From contig JAGVWE010000001.1 in assembly GCA_018304425.1 (NCBI GenBank), positions 1 to 11,565 of the forward strand: a stretch of 11,565 bases of DNA. Reading direction: 5' to 3'. Position 1 is the stretch's first letter. Each line of letters begins with the position of its first letter. Source of the DNA: Candidatus Iainarchaeum sp. (GTDB taxonomy: Archaea > Iainarchaeota > Iainarchaeia > Iainarchaeales > UBA10219). Under the pieces are notes generated by a model. That model saw only the letters and a program-made list of their open reading frames with translations. It did not search any database and was not told where the DNA came from. Below are positions 6,625 to 11,565 of the stretch, piece by piece. A program made the translations under genes and the position numbers.

Positions 6625-7131
6625 ATGCGTTCACAAGCGAACACGGTTTGGCTGGCGGCAAAGGAAGTCCTTTCCCACACGAAGTACCTGTGGCTCTTTG
6701 TTTTGGCCAGCACGTTCTTCGCCCTCCTGTTCATTGTCTACCCCGTGCTCGCCACGCCGGGCAACGACCTGGCTTTCCAGTTGTCGATTACGCCTTGGTG
6801 GGGCCTGCTGTTAATCGGTTTCCTCGCGTTCGCTTCCGGGCTCCTGGTCACCCTACAGGCCTACATCTTCAGAAGGCTCAAGGCCCTGCCCGTAAAGGAA
6901 ACCGGGACAACGCTTGTCGGGGGGGCTTCGGCTTTCCTTGCCAACGTCTTCGCCTCGGCTTCCTGCACGGCCTGCGTTTCGGCCCTTTTCTCCTTTCTCG
7001 GCATCGGCACCATCATTTTCCTGTTGAATTACCGCTGGGAAATCGTGGGCGGCAGCATCGTGCTGACGCTTCTTGCCATTTACTTCGCATCCAAACGCAT
7101 CAACAACCATTGCATGGAATGCGGGGTTTGA
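6625..7131 (+). CDS. 4-TM hypothetical membrane protein with intramembrane CxxC and C-terminal CxxC
   Basis: Hydrophobic helices, ASCTACVSAL in helix 3 and a terminal HCMECGV. ATG 6625 lies 13 nt after the rhodanese stop, behind GGGGAAAGG. Confidence 0.8.
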   Translation: MRSQANTVWLAAKEVLSHTKYLWLFVLASTFFALLFIVYPVLATPGNDLAFQLSITPWWGLLLIGFLAFASGLLVTLQAYIFRRLKALPVKETGTTLVGGASAFLANVFASASCTACVSALFSFLGIGTIIFLLNYRWEIVGGSIVLTLLAIYFASKRINNHCMECGV

Positions 7132-7141
7132 GGGAACGAAA

Positions 7142-7594
7142 ATGAAAGACGTCGTCAAGTGGTTCACGAGGATGGGCGTGGTTCCGCGGGCACTGATTAT
7201 TGGGTTGACGATGTTCGTGGCCTTCGGCGTGCCAACCGCCCTGGTGCCGTTGCCCCTGATTGCCTACAAGCGCATGATTCCCGCGACCGTTCTGGACTAT
7301 TTGCTGCTGGCCGCGGTTTCGGGCCTCGTGGGCCTCTACGCTTCCTATCGCCTGCGAAAAAACGCGCCTGAAAAAGGCGGCGACATGAAGGCGTTTGGGG
7401 CAACGATTGCCGGGCTATTCTCGTTCGCTTGCCCCATCTGCAGCGTGCTGCTGGTCTCCTTGCTGGGCAGCGCCTTTGTTTTGACTTACTTCGAGCCGGT
7501 ACGGCATCCGCTGGGTGTCGCAGCCGTCGGCGCATTGGTTTACCTGGTTTACGTGGAAAGAAAAAATTGCAGGGCCTGCAAGGAAGGGAATTGA
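7142..7594 (+). CDS. 4-TM hypothetical membrane protein with intramembrane CxxC and C-terminal CxxC
   Basis: GVPTALVP, FACPICSVLL in helix 3 and a terminal NCRACKEGN. ATG 7142 follows GAGGGA. Same layout as the preceding gene. Confidence 0.8.
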   Translation: MKDVVKWFTRMGVVPRALIIGLTMFVAFGVPTALVPLPLIAYKRMIPATVLDYLLLAAVSGLVGLYASYRLRKNAPEKGGDMKAFGATIAGLFSFACPICSVLLVSLLGSAFVLTYFEPVRHPLGVAAVGALVYLVYVERKNCRACKEGN

Positions 7595-8173
7595 ATGGAC
7601 GAAGCAAGCGAAGAATTAGTGGCGGAATTGACCAAGAAACAAAAGAAGAACCTCGAAAAAAAACGGAGGCAGAAAGAGGAACAAGCAGTGGAACAGAAAA
7701 AAGCCGGGGCGGAAAAACTGAAAAAGACGGCCCTGGCCTCCCTGGCCCTGGTGGCCGGCGCTTTCCTCGTTTACTTCGTTGCCATGGCCCCCAAAGTGGA
7801 GGGGCCCTACACGCCCGGCCCCGTGCACTGGCATTCGACCCTTTCCATGACCGCATGCGGCCAACCCATTCCCTTGCCCCGCGCCCCGCCGGGCAGGATG
7901 CTGGGGCCCGAAATAAGGCACCTCCACGACAACGATGACAAGATCCACATCGAGGCACAGGTCCAGCGAAAGGAGGACATCATGGTGGAAGCCTTCCTGG
8001 CGGACATCGGCGTGGCGTTCAACGAAAAACAACTGGGAAACTATGGCGAGGGAAACCAGTGCCCGAATGGAAAAGCCGGCAAGGTCGCATTCACCGTCAA
8101 CGGCAAGCCAAGCACGGAATACGAGAAGTACGTGATGCAGGACGGCGACAAAATCGAGATACGGTTTGAATAA
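7595..8173 (+). CDS. Membrane-anchored HxH-domain hypothetical protein (paralogue of 5021-5794)
   Basis: Lys/Glu-rich N-terminus, one TM helix, VHWHS, RHLHD..KIHIE and VNGKP..YEKYVMQDGDKIEI. Its ATG immediately follows the previous TGA. Confidence 0.82.
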   Translation: MDEASEELVAELTKKQKKNLEKKRRQKEEQAVEQKKAGAEKLKKTALASLALVAGAFLVYFVAMAPKVEGPYTPGPVHWHSTLSMTACGQPIPLPRAPPGRMLGPEIRHLHDNDDKIHIEAQVQRKEDIMVEAFLADIGVAFNEKQLGNYGEGNQCPNGKAGKVAFTVNGKPSTEYEKYVMQDGDKIEIRFE

Positions 8174-8197
8174 TTGCGAGTATGCGGAGGGGTAATC

Positions 8198-8683
8198 ATG
8201 GGGAGCAAAATAATCTGGATCGGATTAGTGGCGCTGGCCCTGGTGTTGAGCGGCTGCGCGCAGGCGGAACAAAAACAACAGGCAGTGGCTGGCCCACAGC
8301 AGGGCTACGACCTCCATGTGGACGCCAAGCACTGGCTGAAAGACAAACGGGAAACGGTTCACCACTGGTGCAAGCCCACCAAGGAAAAGCTGTTTGAGTG
8401 CCTGTTGTTTGACTCGGATGCGGCCAACGCCAACATCGTGGGAACGGAAGTCATCGTGGAGAACGGCGTCTGGGAAACCTTTGACGACGAGGAAAAAGGC
8501 CGCTGGCATGACCATAAAACCGAAATCGTGGAAGCAGAGGCCACTCTGCCGGGCATGCCGGAGGCCGAGGCCCAAAAATGGGTCGAAGCCCTGATGCAGA
8601 CCCATGGACGCGTGATTTACTTCTGGAACTACCCGAGGGACGCCTATCCCATTGGCCGGCCTTTCATGGACTCCGACCACTAG
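8198..8683 (+). CDS. DUF1264/OBAP-like protein, predicted lipoprotein
   Basis: GGAGG precedes ATG 8198; lipobox VLSGC. The pattern HHWC...ECLLFD...IVGTEVIV...EEKGRWHDH..E matches my recollection of DUF1264 (HHYC..QCLLYD..LIGVEY..EEK..WH.H). Confidence 0.78.
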   Translation: MGSKIIWIGLVALALVLSGCAQAEQKQQAVAGPQQGYDLHVDAKHWLKDKRETVHHWCKPTKEKLFECLLFDSDAANANIVGTEVIVENGVWETFDDEEKGRWHDHKTEIVEAEATLPGMPEAEAQKWVEALMQTHGRVIYFWNYPRDAYPIGRPFMDSDH

Positions 8684-8740
8684 GTTTAAGGGCTTTGGAC
8701 AAGGCATCCCCTTAAGCCTTTTTCTTTCCTTTGTCCTGCC

Positions 8741-9559
8741 ATGCGCGTCCTCAAGGCCAATGGGGAATCAGAGGAATTCGACGCCGAAAAGGTGCGGCGG
8801 GCCTGCCTCCGGGCCGGGGCCTCCGACCGGATGGCCGAAGAAATCACGCAAAGCGTGCGGGCGCGGGCCTATGACGGCATCCCCACCCATGAAATCTATG
8901 CCATGGCCTACAAGCTGCTCAAGCAAGCCAAGACCGGGGCCGAGCACCGGTTCAGCTTGAAGAAGGCCATGATGGAGTTGGGCCCGGAAGGACACGCCTT
9001 CGAGGACTTCGTTGCCCGCGTGTTCCAGGCAAACGGCTACCAGGCGCGCACGCGGCAAATCGTGAAAGGGAAATGCGTCTCCCACGAAGTGGACGTGGTC
9101 GCGGAAAACGCCGGGGAAAAAGTCCTGGTGGAATGCAAGTTCCACCACCGGCCGGGCATTGAGTGCCACGTGCAAAACCCGTTGTACGTGTGGGCGCGGT
9201 TCCAGGACGTGGTCGAGGGCGCGAAATCAAATGGGGAACGGCCGTTCACGCAGGCCTGGCTTGCGACCAACACGAGGTTGAGCTCGGACGCGGTTGCCTA
9301 CGCGGAATGCGTGGGGTTGAAGGTCCTGGGCTGGAAATATCCTTCCGTCAACGGCCTGGAAGCCCTGATTGAGCAAAAGCGATTGTATCCGGTCACGGTG
9401 TTGACGGGCCTCACTTCCCACGAAAAGGACCGGCTGGTGGGAGCGGACATCCTGTTGTTAAGGGAACTCGTGCAAGCCAACGCCGCGGGCCTGGCCGCGA
9501 AAACCGGCCTGCCCGCACCCCGAATAGAGGGCCTTAAAGCCCAAGTCCACTGGTTATAG
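8741..9559 (+). CDS. ATP-cone domain fused to an Mrr-like PD-(D/E)xK restriction endonuclease domain
   Basis: N-terminal MRVLKANGESEEFDAEKVRRAC (ATP-cone), then GHAFEDFVARVF, EVDVVA...VECK and LATNTRLSSDA..YA..VGLKVLGW (Mrr_cat-like), and a short helical tail. Confidence 0.85.
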   Translation: MRVLKANGESEEFDAEKVRRACLRAGASDRMAEEITQSVRARAYDGIPTHEIYAMAYKLLKQAKTGAEHRFSLKKAMMELGPEGHAFEDFVARVFQANGYQARTRQIVKGKCVSHEVDVVAENAGEKVLVECKFHHRPGIECHVQNPLYVWARFQDVVEGAKSNGERPFTQAWLATNTRLSSDAVAYAECVGLKVLGWKYPSVNGLEALIEQKRLYPVTVLTGLTSHEKDRLVGADILLLRELVQANAAGLAAKTGLPAPRIEGLKAQVHWL

Positions 9560-9612
9560 CGTGCGTTAGCACGCGCGGACCTGCACACCCGCAGGTGCAA
9601 GCCTGTGCAGGC
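9559..9612. terminator. Cluster of short hairpins between convergent genes; possible bidirectional terminator or 3'-end stabiliser
   Basis: GCGTGC-GTTA-GCACGC (9559-9574), ACCTGC-ACACCC-GCAGGT (9579-9596) and GCCT-GTGC-AGGC (9601-9612). No convincing U-tract. Confidence 0.35.
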
Positions 9613-9624
9613 CTACACCGGGTT

Positions 9625-11121
9625 TCAGGGCCTTACCTCTAGCAGGGCCATCATGCCGGACTCCAGGTGCTCGGGGATGTGGCAGTGCAGCATCCATTGG
9701 CCCGGGTTGGAGAAGTCGACGAGCAGGTCCACGGTGCTGCCGGCGGGAACCAGGACCGAGTCCTTCCAGGCCAGGTTGTCGTTCGGTTTTCCGTCCACGC
9801 TGGCCACGAGGAAGCGGTTGCCATGCAAGTGGAGGGGGTGCTGCATGGGATGCGCGGAAGTGGCGAGGTTGTGGATGCGGATTTTTTGGATGCTGCCCGC
9901 CCTGGCTTCAAATCGCACGTCCATGTTTTCTTTGCCGGTTTTCCTGTCGCGCAGGATCCATTTCGTGTTCTCGGGAGTTGAAGCGGAGTTCATGGCGGCC
10001 ATCCTGCCTTCCTCCCACTCGATGGGTTCGGGGGCTCCGCCCAGGGCGTGCGGCGTCATGTCCATGCCCTGCATTTCAACGTCGAGTTCCAGTTCGAGGT
10101 CAGGTTGCTGGTCCAGCAAGGCCTTGAAGGGGGCCAGGGAAGACTGCAGGACCGGGTTGGCATGGGGGGAAGAAAAATCGGTGGCAGGGGTTGGCGCGGA
10201 CGCAGCCTCGACTTCGAGGACGCCCAGGGTGTAAGAGGCGTCGGGCGTGGCGTTGAGTAACTTGAAGGAACCGGCTTTTTCGAGGGCCAGCTCCACGATG
10301 GCGCGCTCCGAGGGCCCGAGGACCACGCCCTCGACCAGGGCTTCGCGTTCGGGTTTGCCGGAATCCAGGCCCACGAGTTTCAGGGGATGGCCTTCGACCG
10401 TGAAATGGAAGGGCCGCGCGTTGGCCGCGTTGACGAGGTAAAACCGCAGGGTTTGGCCTTTCCCAGCCTTCAGGCGGTAGTTGTTTTGCCAGTTGACGAA
10501 CAGGGTGTTGCCATAGCGGCCCATCAAGGCATGCGTGGCCTGGTCCTCGTTGAAACCGGCCATGCCTCCCGGCTCGAGGAGGAGGTCGTCCAAGAACAGG
10601 ACTTCCTCACGGTCGACTGGGTTGTAGTAGACTGGGTCTCGGGGTTCCACGAGGATGGCGCCATACAAGCCGAGCTCCTGTTGCCGGTCTTCGCGTAGGT
10701 GCGGGTGGTACCAGTAGATGCCTTCGTCCGGGAAAGAGAGTTCGTAGCGGAAGGTTTCGCCTGGCTTGACTGGCTCCTGTGTAACGCCTGGCACGCCGTC
10801 AAAGGCATGGGCGACTCTCACGCCGTGCCAGTGCACGGTCGTGTCGTATGGCAAGCTGTTCCGAAAATCAATGGAAACCCGGCTACCCTGTCTCACCTTG
10901 AGGAGCGGCCCGGGCAGCATGCCGTTGTAGGCGTAGAGGGTCTCCGGTTTGCCGGCCATGGTTTGGGTGACGGCGGACGCGGTAAGGGAGTAGACGGAGC
11001 CATCTGCGAGGTCAATGGCTTGCATGGGCCTGGCATCCGGGGCCTGCCTGGCGACGCAGCCGGCGGCAAGCGAGAACAGGAACAGCAGGACCAGAACGCG
11101 GTCACCATGCACACAGGGCAT
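9625..11121 (-). CDS. Three-domain multicopper oxidase (laccase/CueO-like), predicted lipoprotein
   Basis: All four copper motifs are present: HWHG, WYHPH, HPLHLHG and HCHIPEHLESGM. Lipobox LAAGC. Start placed at ATG 11121, about 24 nt downstream of a TTTTTAA box; 11145 and 11160 are alternatives. Confidence 0.93.
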   Translation of the reverse strand: MPCVHGDRVLVLLFLFSLAAGCVARQAPDARPMQAIDLADGSVYSLTASAVTQTMAGKPETLYAYNGMLPGPLLKVRQGSRVSIDFRNSLPYDTTVHWHGVRVAHAFDGVPGVTQEPVKPGETFRYELSFPDEGIYWYHPHLREDRQQELGLYGAILVEPRDPVYYNPVDREEVLFLDDLLLEPGGMAGFNEDQATHALMGRYGNTLFVNWQNNYRLKAGKGQTLRFYLVNAANARPFHFTVEGHPLKLVGLDSGKPEREALVEGVVLGPSERAIVELALEKAGSFKLLNATPDASYTLGVLEVEAASAPTPATDFSSPHANPVLQSSLAPFKALLDQQPDLELELDVEMQGMDMTPHALGGAPEPIEWEEGRMAAMNSASTPENTKWILRDRKTGKENMDVRFEARAGSIQKIRIHNLATSAHPMQHPLHLHGNRFLVASVDGKPNDNLAWKDSVLVPAGSTVDLLVDFSNPGQWMLHCHIPEHLESGMMALLEVRP

Positions 11122-11143
11122 GCAGGGAGTAGGAGGGAAAACC

Positions 11144-11151
11144 ATTAAAAA
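11144..11151 (-). promoter_or_regulatory. Putative archaeal TATA box for the multicopper oxidase gene
   Basis: Minus strand reads TTTTTAAT about 24 nt before ATG 11121 with a pyrimidine-rich spacer; same geometry as the repressor promoter. Confidence 0.5.
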
Positions 11152-11167
11152 TTGCAGCAAATGACAA

Positions 11168-11221
11168 GGGGGAAGGGGCCATTGCAGGAAACGGAATCCG
11201 TTTGATGCAAGCCCTTCCTCC
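11168..11221 (+). repeat. Long imperfect inverted repeat (stem-loop)
   Basis: GGGGGAAGGG (11168-11177) pairs with CCCTTCCTCC (11212-11221), TTGCA (11182-11186) with TGCAA (11206-11210), and AAACGG (11189-11194) with CCGTTT (11198-11203). Confidence 0.75.
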
Positions 11222-11350
11222 CAGCCTTTTCGCCTACAGAATTCGGGGTGATAAATCGCCCGATAATATAATGTCGCGCAGGAATTAGATAATTTTAATT
11301 GGTTTGGAAAGCGAACCCGGCGGGCGGCCGGCGGCCGCGGAGGGGGCTGG

Positions 11351-11365
11351 GAAAGTTTTAATAAG
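11351..11365 (+). promoter_or_regulatory. Archaeal BRE-TATA promoter for the small zinc-finger gene
   Basis: GAAAG-TTTTAATAAG: a purine-rich BRE-like element followed by a TATA-like box, about 30 nt upstream of ATG 11395. Confidence 0.65.
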
Positions 11366-11394
11366 CGGATTGGCGTACGTAATTAGTCGAGAGA

Positions 11395-11565
11395 ATGGAT
11401 TTAAGCGATTACACGAAGCGGAGCCAGAAAGCCGCGTATAGCGCTCCTGGCGCGCGCCAAAAGAAGTGCATGCAGTGCGGCAAAGTCCTTGAAAACGACG
11501 GCTCGCACCTCTACTTCCAGCGGTTCTGCAGCCAGCTTTGCAAGGAAAAATACATGGAATTGTAG
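11395..11565 (+). CDS. Small (56 aa) treble-clef/TRASH-like zinc-finger protein
   Basis: Hand translation: MDLSDYTKRSQKAAYSAPGARQKKCMQCGKVLENDGSHLYFQRFCSQLCKEKYMEL*. CxxCG...FCSxxC pattern; absent from the ORF track, probably because of its short length. Confidence 0.8.
   Translation: MDLSDYTKRSQKAAYSAPGARQKKCMQCGKVLENDGSHLYFQRFCSQLCKEKYMEL

Noticed and set aside
706-8683. Cytochrome c maturation or multiheme cytochrome cluster
   Set aside because: No CxxCH motif in any called protein and no CcsA/CcsB or Ccm genes in the window.
8716-8736. T-rich tract as terminator of the 10-gene operon
   Set aside because: Plausible, but it is equally explained as the pyrimidine-rich promoter spacer seen before other leaderless genes; the sequence cannot distinguish the two.
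136-11148. Many long alternative-frame and antisense ORFs (e.g. 1619-2407 +, 4118-4717 -, 4763-5518 -, 5728-6420 -, 7197-7958 -, 9605-10234 +)
   Set aside because: They overlap genes with clear family motifs or coherent operon structure, carry no recognisable motifs, and are expected shadows in GC-rich coding DNA.
11168-11221. SECIS-like element or selenocysteine recoding
   Set aside because: No in-frame TGA at a Cys-motif position was found in any called gene, and the AA of the GAA is base-paired in the best stem.
1-11565. CRISPR array, tRNA, rRNA, transposase or integrase
   Set aside because: No regularly spaced direct repeats, cloverleaf, rRNA-like segment or recombinase motifs were seen by eye.

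Overview
GC-rich, gene-dense window that looks archaeal: TATA/BRE-type promoter elements and apparently leaderless first genes. A DPANN-type origin is an inference only. The core is a divergent locus. Leftward: a BlaI/MecI/CopY-family repressor, a short BlaR1-like (M56/M48, HEXXH) membrane protease with no penicillin-binding domain, and ccdA. Rightward: a tightly packed 10-gene operon (2806-8683) of mostly unannotatable membrane-anchored, lipid-anchored or polytopic proteins, most carrying Cys and/or His motifs (CxxCC-x11-CxCxH, C-terminal MVGGC, three tandem thioredoxin-like repeats, two HxH paralogues, three small 4-TM proteins with intramembrane Cys pairs, a rhodanese lipoprotein and a DUF1264/OBAP-like lipoprotein). 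The ~80-bp divergent gap holds four alternating TACAA/TTGTA half-sites resembling BlaI/CopY operators. The locus is flanked by a DsbA-family oxidoreductase (5'-truncated), an ATP-cone/Mrr-like nuclease, a lipoprotein multicopper oxidase, a hairpin-rich intergenic region and a 56-aa zinc-finger gene missed by the ORF track. Best hypothesis: an uncharacterised protease-gated cell-surface thiol-redox/copper-handling regulon. No rRNA, tRNA, CRISPR array or mobile element was seen.
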